A DNA stretch of 64,000 nt from a virus (taxonomy: Duplodnaviria; Caudoviricetes), in the IMG/VR virus record IMGVR_UViG_3300042965_000182, positions 1,919 to 65,918 of that record. The stretch is one strand, 5' to 3'. Numbering within the stretch: the first letter of the stretch is position 1; each line of letters begins with the position of its first letter. This document shows, piece by piece, positions 29,280 through 37,222 of this stretch. The notes under the pieces were generated by a model, which had not been told where the DNA came from, searched no databases, and saw only the letters and a program-made list of their open reading frames with translations. The position numbers and the translations under genes are program-made.

Positions 29280-31091
29280 ATGAAAAAGTTAGGTGTTGGT
29301 AATGTTGTTCCAACTTGGTATGGTGGCTCAATAGCAAGAGCCTCTCTTGGTGTAAGAACAGCACAACTAACTTATTATCCACCAAGATGGTTTTCTCCTT
29401 TACTTTCATTTGTTCATTTTTATGTTCCGTGGGACAGGGCTACTTTATATCAATGGATAAGGTATTTTGATACTTGGCACGCTGTTGTTGGTGCTTGTAT
29501 AGACATACATACGATGATGCCTTTATCAAGGTTTTCTTTAAGAGGTGTTCACGACCCGACTATTTTAAGGGTTTACGAGGAATGTTGCGAAGAATTAAAA
29601 GCATTTTTGCTTATGTATTCTCAACTATCAGAGTTTTGGACTATTGGTGAAGTTTTCACTTTACTTTACTGGGATGACAAATTAGGTATTTTTACTGATG
29701 CTGAAATTCTTATGCCTGAATACATTGAAATTAAAAGTTTACCTTTTATGGGTTCTCTTGATATTGAGAAAAATATTTACGAACTTGTTTTAGACCAGTT
29801 TACTTTGGAAATGTTAGAGACACCTGACCCTGATGTTCAAAAGATGTTGATGAAGTTAGACCCTGCTTTACTTGAAACAATCAAAAAGAAAGGAAGGTTA
29901 AGGTTAGATGGCAATTTGTTAATGGTAATGATTAAAAAAAGACATATGTATCAAGATAGGGCTCAACCTATTCTTTTAAGGGTAATGAGGGAACTTATTT
30001 ATGAAAGCAAATTATTAGAAGCAATGTATACAATAGCAGACAGGCATGTTAATCCGAAAGAGATTTGGAAGATAGGTAATGACAATTTCCCAGCTGACCA
30101 AGCACTTTTAGATGCTTATGAAGAACTTATAAGGAATGCTGAACAGCAACCACTTTTTACTTTGGTTGTTCCACATACAGTTTCACTTGATATAGTTGGC
30201 GCTACTGGTAAATTTCCAAAATTATCAGATGAATTAGATTGGGTTGAAAAAAGAATTTTAACTGCTTTACTTTTGAATAAGGCTGTGATACACGGAGAAG
30301 GACCAAATTTTGCTACTGCTTCTGTTGCTATGAGGGCGTTAATGCAAAGGTATATGGAAGTAAGGGCTATGTTAGAAGAGGAATGGACAACGAAAGTGTT
30401 TTTACCTATTGCTTTAAAACACAATTTCTTTGAGGTTACGCAAGCAGAATTAGAACATGGTGTCAGAAGACCTTATAAAGAAAGGAAGCCAATTTTACCT
30501 TATTTTGATTGGCATTATAAAGCAAGGTTATTAGATGACAGTTCATTTAGAGATAGAATAATAGAACTTTACAAAGCAGGTAAGATACCTTTGAAGATAT
30601 TGACTGATGTTCTCGGTTTAGATTACGAATATGTAAAGGTTTACAAAGAAAGGGAAGAAGGGACAATTGTTGACCCGTTCTATGAAGAATGGAGAAAAGA
30701 AGTAATAAAGAAAGGTTTAGAAGGTATTGTTCCAGCACCAAAAGGTGTCAGGAGTTCAGTTGATGAAGTAGAAAAGAAAAATTTAAAGGAAGCACTTGAA
30801 GAAGCAGACAGAAAATTTGAAATTTTCAAGAAGTGGTTAACAAAAACAAGTTTAAAGGAAAATGGCAGAAAGCCTGTTGGTGAAAAAGAAGAAAGTGATG
30901 ATGATTATGAAAAGAAGGAGAAAAAAGTTAAAAAATTGTTAGAAGAAGCAGAAAACATAGAGTTTGATTGGACAACGAGAGGTGGTTTAATAAGGAAATT
31001 AAGGATAGCAGAAGAAATTTTTAAAAATGGAAATTTAGACCTTTTAGCAACAATTTTACCCAGAAAAGAAGAAGAAAACAAAGGAGGGTAA
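29280..31091 (+). CDS. Portal protein
   Basis: WIRYFDTWHAVVGACIDIHTMMPLS, IGEVF, KEIWKIG and GEGPNFATASVA motifs; 603 aa; upstream of protease and capsid. Confidence 0.85.
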   Translation: MKKLGVGNVVPTWYGGSIARASLGVRTAQLTYYPPRWFSPLLSFVHFYVPWDRATLYQWIRYFDTWHAVVGACIDIHTMMPLSRFSLRGVHDPTILRVYEECCEELKAFLLMYSQLSEFWTIGEVFTLLYWDDKLGIFTDAEILMPEYIEIKSLPFMGSLDIEKNIYELVLDQFTLEMLETPDPDVQKMLMKLDPALLETIKKKGRLRLDGNLLMVMIKKRHMYQDRAQPILLRVMRELIYESKLLEAMYTIADRHVNPKEIWKIGNDNFPADQALLDAYEELIRNAEQQPLFTLVVPHTVSLDIVGATGKFPKLSDELDWVEKRILTALLLNKAVIHGEGPNFATASVAMRALMQRYMEVRAMLEEEWTTKVFLPIALKHNFFEVTQAELEHGVRRPYKERKPILPYFDWHYKARLLDDSSFRDRIIELYKAGKIPLKILTDVLGLDYEYVKVYKEREEGTIVDPFYEEWRKEVIKKGLEGIVPAPKGVRSSVDEVEKKNLKEALEEADRKFEIFKKWLTKTSLKENGRKPVGEKEESDDDYEKKEKKVKKLLEEAENIEFDWTTRGGLIRKLRIAEEIFKNGNLDLLATILPRKEEENKGG

Positions 31092-31092
31092 A

Positions 31093-31473
31093 ATGTTATT
31101 TCAAGCATATACAAAAGATTTTCCTGATTTTGTAGTGGTGTTATTAGATTATTTAGAGGAACTTTATGCTGGAGATTGGTCTCGTATTGCTTTAAAGGTT
31201 ATGCCTGGTATAAGTGAAAGGTTAAATGAACTATCTTCACTTGCCTGGTATTACAATACAACTGAGGAATATTTTGACATCGTTGAAAGCGACCTTGACA
31301 ATTTAATTTATGAGTTTTTAGAAAGGTTAATGAGGGTAGAAGGAATAAAAGATTTTGGTAAACACTTTGAAAAAATTAAGGAATTATTTGAAGAAGAAGC
31401 AGACCGTTATTATTCAGAAAGAAAATATTTTTGGAAAGAGTTAGATAAAGGTAAATTTATTTACAGGAGGTGA
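31093..31473 (+). CDS. Hypothetical acidic protein
   Basis: RBS and ORF. Confidence 0.6.
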   Translation: MLFQAYTKDFPDFVVVLLDYLEELYAGDWSRIALKVMPGISERLNELSSLAWYYNTTEEYFDIVESDLDNLIYEFLERLMRVEGIKDFGKHFEKIKELFEEEADRYYSERKYFWKELDKGKFIYRR

Positions 31474-31477
31474 AAGT

Positions 31478-32683
31478 ATGAGTGATTTAATTTTTGAAAA
31501 GAAAATAGAGAAGTTGTATAAGGAATTAGGTGGAGAAAAGGAATACGAAAGGTTAAGGTTAACGGCAAGTAAGGGAAATTTACAGAAACTTGCTACTACT
31601 CAGCTGGAAAAAACTTTAAGAAGTAAATATTCAATTAATCTTCCATTTGATTTGGAGTTAAAAGATTTTACAATAAAAAAAGATAAAGTTTGTGCTACTT
31701 ATGATTTATCCTTACCAGATAAACAACCAATTCAGGTTTTTGCTACCTTTCAAATTGAAGATGATGGCAAACTAACTCTTATCCATTTAGATAATGAAAA
31801 AGAAATAGAAAAGATACTTGGCTATAAGTATTATGCTGTTAAAGTGCCTGGTTATGGTGTTTACAAGGTTTCAGCATTAACAGAGAAAGAAGCCGTAAAC
31901 AAGGTTATAGATAAACTTTTTGAAGAAGTCAGTTCAGTAGAAGTGTTTAACAGAAGGTTTGTAAAAGGAAACAAATCTTTACTCTGTGATTACATTTTAG
32001 ATAACAACTATGTAATGGATTGGAGAAAGTATATTGATACAAAAGATATAGTTGATTTTAAACAAAAAGAAGTTTTACCAAAGCAGGTTATCAAATTAGA
32101 AAAGCAAGCAATGGTTTATCCTGAAAGTTTACTTTTACAGGAAGAAAGGTCTTTTATTGACAGGTTTTTTACTGAACAAGACCAAAAAATTTATTCATTT
32201 ATAAGGAAGAAGGAAACACTCAAAAAGACGATTGCTTCAATAATTGAAAACTATTTAAAGCAATTTGGAATAGATGCTGAAGTTGAAATTAACAAGATGG
32301 AAGGTGAAAAAGTAATAACAGGGACATTTGAACTGACTTCTTCTTATGTTTCAGGTGAATTTCCTTTTGTTGCTGATGTTGAAGGTGATGAAGTTAAACT
32401 TATTTCAATAAGGGATTATGAAATAAAGAAAGTGGCAGGTTTAAAAATTTACAAAGTTGGAACGCCAGAAGGCAAAGAGTTTACAATTTTAGCAACTTCT
32501 TTACCTGTTGTTTTGGAAACTTTACAAACAATTTTAAACAGGAAAATAAGTTTTGATGAGTTTACACAAAAATTCACTTTTACTGAACTTGGTGAGTTTG
32601 GTGTTGTAAATGATGCTAAGCAGGTTAACCCTTGGACAAAAATAAAAGTTGGTGAAGAAGAGTTTTTAGTAAGGTTAAAATAA
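31478..32683 (+). CDS. Hypothetical protein with internal duplication (candidate head protein)
   Basis: Two similar halves (KYYAVKVP..GVYKVSA / KIYKVGTP.GKEFTILA); RLTAS, EKQA and KKVA motifs. Confidence 0.6.
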   Translation: MSDLIFEKKIEKLYKELGGEKEYERLRLTASKGNLQKLATTQLEKTLRSKYSINLPFDLELKDFTIKKDKVCATYDLSLPDKQPIQVFATFQIEDDGKLTLIHLDNEKEIEKILGYKYYAVKVPGYGVYKVSALTEKEAVNKVIDKLFEEVSSVEVFNRRFVKGNKSLLCDYILDNNYVMDWRKYIDTKDIVDFKQKEVLPKQVIKLEKQAMVYPESLLLQEERSFIDRFFTEQDQKIYSFIRKKETLKKTIASIIENYLKQFGIDAEVEINKMEGEKVITGTFELTSSYVSGEFPFVADVEGDEVKLISIRDYEIKKVAGLKIYKVGTPEGKEFTILATSLPVVLETLQTILNRKISFDEFTQKFTFTELGEFGVVNDAKQVNPWTKIKVGEEEFLVRLK

Positions 32684-32695
32684 TGGAGGTTTAAA

Positions 32696-32881
32696 ATGGC
32701 ATTTAAAAAGTTTGGTTTTGGTAAAATAATTGAGAAAACAAATGATTTAGTTGAACTTTTAAAAAAGAAAAAACAAGTTTTAAAGCAAGATGAAAAACAA
32801 GAAGAAGATATAAAACAGAAGAAGGTAGAAGAGGAATTAAAAGAGAAAATGGGAATTGAAGATGAAGATAATCAACAATAA
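32696..32881 (+). CDS. Small charged protein with protease-like N-terminus
   Basis: MAFKKFGFGKII resembles MAFIKYATAKII at 35080. Confidence 0.6.
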   Translation: MAFKKFGFGKIIEKTNDLVELLKKKKQVLKQDEKQEEDIKQKKVEEELKEKMGIEDEDNQQ

Positions 32882-32904
32882 AGAGTAGTAAAAGGAAAAA
32901 GATT

Positions 32905-33363
32905 ATGAATAAAAAAACACAAGATTTACAAAAAAGGTTTGAAGAGGCAATAGACTTAGTGATAGAAGAGGCAAGGCAACAAGGTCTTTCTGTTTACCAA
33001 TGGTTAGAAAAGCATTACAGAGAATGGAATGATGAAGTGATAATTGAAGGGTTATATGAAGACTTTTTAAATATGAAGGTAAACAATGTTCCCTCGGAGA
33101 TTTCAGGTAAAATTCCTCAAACTTTTGAAGAATATTTAAATGATAGTTTAAAGGCAATAGAATATAGATTAAGGGCATTAGAATTTAATAAAAAATATAA
33201 AACATCAGGTTTTGAACCATTAAAAAAGATGGGTATTATTGAAGAAATAAAAGGTTTACCAAAAGGTTTTGGAGAGCCTTTGTCATCAGAAGACATTGAA
33301 TTTTTTGAGATGATTTTAAAGAAAACAAAAGAGACGATTGAAAATTATTTAAAGAGTAAATGA
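32905..33363 (+). CDS. Hypothetical protein
   Basis: ORF with typical composition. Confidence 0.55.
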   Translation: MNKKTQDLQKRFEEAIDLVIEEARQQGLSVYQWLEKHYREWNDEVIIEGLYEDFLNMKVNNVPSEISGKIPQTFEEYLNDSLKAIEYRLRALEFNKKYKTSGFEPLKKMGIIEEIKGLPKGFGEPLSSEDIEFFEMILKKTKETIENYLKSK

Positions 33364-33368
33364 AGTTG

Positions 33369-33388
33369 AAGTATCAATATTTTTATAA
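33369..33388 (+). promoter_or_regulatory. Promoter motif A, copy 2
   Basis: Identical to 9404-9423. Confidence 0.65.
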
Positions 33389-33431
33389 TTGCTTTTTTAT
33401 AATTAAAAAAGTTGAATGAGGGAGGTAAACT

Positions 33432-33971
33432 ATGAGAAGTGAGATAATAAAAATAAGTGAAAAGCTGGTAAAAATAGCAGAAGAACTATTAAGGTTTACG
33501 AAAAGAGGAATGACAGAAGAGGGGTTTGAAGAGTGGGAAGAGTATGGTTTTACTCCTGAAGAGATAGAAGAATGGGAACATTATGGATTTACACCTGAAC
33601 AGGCACTTGAATGGGATGAACATGGTTTTAGCGCTTACAGAGCATTTCAATGGGATAAAATAGGTTTTACACCTGATGAAGCAAAAGAATGGAGTGATTA
33701 CGATTTTGAACCTTTTCAGGCATACAAATGGAAAGAAAAAGGTTTTGAACCAAGAGAAGCAGATGAGTGGGCAAAATGTTTTTTCACAGCTGAAGAAGCA
33801 AAGAAGTGGAAAGAATATGGTTTTGATGACCCTCATGATGCTGAAAGTTGGCGTGATTATCATTTTACACCTGAAAAAGCAGAAGAATGGAAAGGCAAAG
33901 GCTATGAACCTGATGAGGCATACAGGATAAGAAAAGAAACAGAAGAAATTGAAGAGGAAGATTGGAGGTAG
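33432..33971 (+). CDS. Leader-bearing Trp-repeat protein (acidic paralogue)
   Basis: IIKISEKLVKIAEELLRFTKRG leader; about 10 GFTPEEAxxW repeats. Confidence 0.8.
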   Translation: MRSEIIKISEKLVKIAEELLRFTKRGMTEEGFEEWEEYGFTPEEIEEWEHYGFTPEQALEWDEHGFSAYRAFQWDKIGFTPDEAKEWSDYDFEPFQAYKWKEKGFEPREADEWAKCFFTAEEAKKWKEYGFDDPHDAESWRDYHFTPEKAEEWKGKGYEPDEAYRIRKETEEIEEEDWR

Positions 33972-33977
33972 TAAAAT

Positions 33978-34568
33978 ATGAAGGATAAAATAATAAAACT
34001 AAGTGAAGAGTTAATAAAGATAACAGAAGAGTTATTAAAGGTTATTGGACATAATGAATTAGAAGAATTTAACGAATGGAAACTGCATGGTTTTACTATT
34101 GAGGAAGCAAAAAAATGGAAAAAATATGATTTTAGTCCTTGGAGAGCGAAGGAATGGAAGAGTTATGGATTTACACCTGAGGAAGCAAAAAAATGGAGTG
34201 ATTATGGTTTTGAATTTTACAAGGCAAGTGAATGGAAGGAATTTGGTTTTTCTCCTGAAAGAGCGAAAGAGTGGAGAAACTACCATTTCTTTAATCCTGA
34301 GGAGGCGTATGATTGGTGGAAACATGGTTTTACTCCTGACGAAGCAGAAAAATGGTATGATTGTATATTTTCTCCTGATGAAGCATTTAAGTGGATACAA
34401 ACAGGATATTCTCTTGAAGATGCAATGGAATGGAGGAGATTTGGTTTTAGACCAGAGGAAGCGAAAAAATGGGATAGGTTTGGTTTTAAACCTAAAAGAG
34501 CAAGACAATGGATGGAAAAAGGATTTACACCAGAAGAAGCATATAGATTGAAAAAGAGAAGGAGATAA
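33978..34568 (+). CDS. Leader-bearing Trp-repeat protein (more basic paralogue)
   Basis: IIKLSEELIKITEELL leader; about 12 repeats. Confidence 0.8.
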   Translation: MKDKIIKLSEELIKITEELLKVIGHNELEEFNEWKLHGFTIEEAKKWKKYDFSPWRAKEWKSYGFTPEEAKKWSDYGFEFYKASEWKEFGFSPERAKEWRNYHFFNPEEAYDWWKHGFTPDEAEKWYDCIFSPDEAFKWIQTGYSLEDAMEWRRFGFRPEEAKKWDRFGFKPKRARQWMEKGFTPEEAYRLKKRRR

Positions 34569-35068
34569 TGGAAGAGTTAAAACTTAAAGTAAAAGAAGTT
34601 TTAGACAGTTTTATAAAACTTTACAAGTTTCCAGCAGAAATTTTTCTTGACATTTTCAAAATAGAAGAGGAAAAAGACAAGTTAAAAGCATATGTAAAGG
34701 TTGACCCTCGTTTTAGGTTTGAGTATCCTGTTATAACTCCGTCAGAGTTTGTTATTCTTTTACAGAAGTTTGTTCCGCATCCATATGGAGTTATTGACAA
34801 CAAAGAACTTTATTTCTATTTTGTTTTAGGAGAGGTTGAAAAGAAAGCACAAACAGACCAACCACCTGTTGAGTTTCAAGCAACTGTTTTAGATGAACTT
34901 TTAGATAGAGTAGCAAGACCCATTATAGAGACAGGTATACCAGATTTATTGATTGGTTGGTGGGCGGCTAAAAACATAGCAAAAAATATTTCAGAGATGT
35001 TTCAAACTTTAACTTTACCTGTTAATTCCACACCTGGTTATGTTGCTCCTGTTCCAAAAGAAATTTAA
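34568..35068 (+). CDS. Hypothetical head-region protein
   Basis: EKKAQ motif; directly upstream of the protease. Confidence 0.6.
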   Translation: MEELKLKVKEVLDSFIKLYKFPAEIFLDIFKIEEEKDKLKAYVKVDPRFRFEYPVITPSEFVILLQKFVPHPYGVIDNKELYFYFVLGEVEKKAQTDQPPVEFQATVLDELLDRVARPIIETGIPDLLIGWWAAKNIAKNISEMFQTLTLPVNSTPGYVAPVPKEI

Positions 35069-35079
35069 GGAGGTGATAA

Positions 35080-36687
35080 ATGGCATTTATTAAGTATGCA
35101 ACAGCAAAAATAATAGCAAGTTATGAGAATGAAGTAGCACTTTTAGAAAGTAATCCTGAATTAGAAAAGGTTTTAAATACATTTAAGGTGATAAAGTTAG
35201 ACCCTTCAAGGTATATGTATTTAAGGAACAGGGCAATCAGTTCATTAGAGACTTGGGGTTGTAATAGGAATGCTGATGGATTTCCTCGTATTGAATTACA
35301 GGAAAATCATCACACTTTCATTAATTCAAGGGTTTCAGTTGACCATAAAGACAATATTATTGTTGGTGTTGTAGTTGACAGTTATTTTGTTCCACCAAAA
35401 GTAGAAATAAAAGACGATATGATTATAAGGTCTGGTGATTATGTTGAGAACATTTTAGCACTTGATAAAAAGGTATTAGAAAGTTATAAGCCTGATGGTA
35501 AAAATTCACTTTTAGATTTAATTGTAAACGGAATAGTAACAGATACAAGTATGGGTGCTATTGTTGGTTATTCCATTTGTTCAGTGCCTACTTGTATGAA
35601 TGTTGCTCATACAGAAAGCGAATATTGTGAGCATATAAAGTCAAAGAAAGGTTCAGTTATAAAACTTGCTTCTGGTATTGATGTGCAGATTTTTGAAATT
35701 TGCAGACAGGTTACATTTTTTGAAGACAGTATTATTGTTCCGCTTGCTTATGGTGGGCTTGCTGGTGGTGAAGGTGCCGACCCTAACGCCAAGTTTTTAG
35801 AAAAGATTGCTACGACACCTTTAAAAACTTACATTGTTTATAGGGACAGGTTTTATTCTGATTTTACTAAAAAAGCACAAATAGAAGAAAGACCACAGGT
35901 TTTAATACCTGAGAAAAAGGTATTAAGGAAAGAGTTTAAGGACGAAGACATAGAGTATACAAAGCAACAATTAAAGAAAAATTTAGAGGAAGAACTATCA
36001 AAAACGATAGTAGTTGAAAAAGAGGAAGTTTCAGATGTTGTAGATTATCTTATAGAACTTCTTAAAAAGGGAACAGAGTTTAATGAAGCGTTAAAACTTG
36101 CTTGGGAACACTTTAAAGGTTTAAAAGAGAAAACAGCACAGGAAAAGAAAAAAGAGGTAATAGTCGTAGATATAGATGGAACACTTTTTGATGTTTCTCA
36201 TAGGTTAAAATACATTGAAAGTCCTCAAAAAGATTGGAAAAGGTTTTTCAGCGAAGAAGAGGTTTCAAAGGACAAGCCTTATCCATCAGTAGTTGAATTT
36301 GTAAACACTTTAAGAGAAGAAACAGGTTTACCAATGGTTGTTTTAACAGGTAGACCTGAAACTTTAAGGGAATTAACAGAGAAACAATTAGAAGAAGCAG
36401 GTGTTAACTATGATGAACTTATAATGAAGCCAAAAGAAAGAAGTTTTGAGAAGGCTGTTTCATTCAAAAAAGATGTTTTAAAGAACTATGTTCCTGTTTA
36501 TTTTATAGATGACGATTACAATAATTTAGCAGTTGTAAAGAAAGAGTTTCCTGATGCTAAGGTGTATCACGCTGATGATGGTAGAATAAAAGAGTTTTTT
36601 ATTGGTGAAGTACTTGAAGAAAAAGTCAGTTTTTGGAAAAGAATATCTTTCAAAAAGGAGGGTAAATGGACAAGAAAATCACTATAA
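35080..36687 (+). CDS. Prohead (capsid maturation) protease fused to a C-terminal PNKP-like HAD phosphatase
   Basis: NRNADGFP..EL, VDH, TSMG and CS..C..C.H in the N-terminal domain; DIDGTL, LTGR, K and IDDD in the C-terminal domain. Confidence 0.8.
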   Translation: MAFIKYATAKIIASYENEVALLESNPELEKVLNTFKVIKLDPSRYMYLRNRAISSLETWGCNRNADGFPRIELQENHHTFINSRVSVDHKDNIIVGVVVDSYFVPPKVEIKDDMIIRSGDYVENILALDKKVLESYKPDGKNSLLDLIVNGIVTDTSMGAIVGYSICSVPTCMNVAHTESEYCEHIKSKKGSVIKLASGIDVQIFEICRQVTFFEDSIIVPLAYGGLAGGEGADPNAKFLEKIATTPLKTYIVYRDRFYSDFTKKAQIEERPQVLIPEKKVLRKEFKDEDIEYTKQQLKKNLEEELSKTIVVEKEEVSDVVDYLIELLKKGTEFNEALKLAWEHFKGLKEKTAQEKKKEVIVVDIDGTLFDVSHRLKYIESPQKDWKRFFSEEEVSKDKPYPSVVEFVNTLREETGLPMVVLTGRPETLRELTEKQLEEAGVNYDELIMKPKERSFEKAVSFKKDVLKNYVPVYFIDDDYNNLAVVKKEFPDAKVYHADDGRIKEFFIGEVLEEKVSFWKRISFKKEGKWTRKSL

Positions 36688-36980
36688 AGGAGTTGGAAGA
36701 ATTTATAACTTATTTAGAAGAAGAAGGTCTTTTGAAATTTGAAGACAAAGTAGAGATTTTTGGTAAACACAATGTTGAAAGGTTGAGAACGCTTGCCTAT
36801 TTAGCCAGTTTACATATAAAGAAGAAATTAGAAGAAGACGAGATAGGTAAATACAAAGAGGAGAAGTTAAAGAGGGTTTTAAGCAGTTTACAGAAGGTTG
36901 AAAAGTTTTTAGTTTTTAACTGCCCACGAGACGAGATTTCCCAAGAAAATCAATCATTAGAAAAGATTATAGGTGATTAA
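36666..36980 (+). CDS. Small protein sharing the scaffold's C-terminal motif
   Basis: Ends LEKIIGD; the scaffold ends FNKIVGD. Confidence 0.6.
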   Translation: MDKKITIKELEEFITYLEEEGLLKFEDKVEIFGKHNVERLRTLAYLASLHIKKKLEEDEIGKYKEEKLKRVLSSLQKVEKFLVFNCPRDEISQENQSLEKIIGD

Positions 36981-36999
36981 AGTATCAACATTTTTATAA
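36980..36999 (+). promoter_or_regulatory. Promoter motif A, copy 3
   Basis: AAGTATCAACATTTTTATAA, 19/20 match; upstream of the scaffold/capsid operon. Confidence 0.65.
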
Positions 37000-37008
37000 C
37001 CTCTTCCT

Positions 37009-37210
37009 TAAAAATAAAAAACAAAAAGTTATAAGAAAAACAAAAATAAAACAAAAAACCATAAAAACAAAAAACAAGTTAAAAGAAAAGAAGTATAAAT
37101 ATAAAAAGAAGAAGAATGAGTATAAATAACAAGAAGAAGAAAAAAGAAAAGAACAGGAGGGGGAAGTGGATTTTCCTTCTGTAAAAATAAAAAAAGAAAT
37201 TTTTTACTAA
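37009..37210 (+). other. Extremely A-rich non-coding leader containing one hairpin (37153-37182)
   Basis: CAAAAA-type tracts; two AGTATAAATA copies; ACAGGAGGGGGA/TTTTCCTTCTGT stem. Confidence 0.55.
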
Positions 37211-37222
37211 GGAGGTGATAAA

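Noticed and set aside
33676-34551. Alternate-frame plus-strand ORFs (33676, 34087)
   Set aside because: By-products of the repeat periodicity, with no RBS.
33432-34568. CRISPR array or DGR template/variable repeat
   Set aside because: The repeats are degenerate in-frame coding repeats. I saw no identical repeat-spacer structure, reverse transcriptase or adenine-specific variation.
37094-37128. T4-type late promoter TATAAATA (two copies)
   Set aside because: Expected by chance in such A/T-rich sequence, not seen before other late genes, and no gp55-like sigma recognised.
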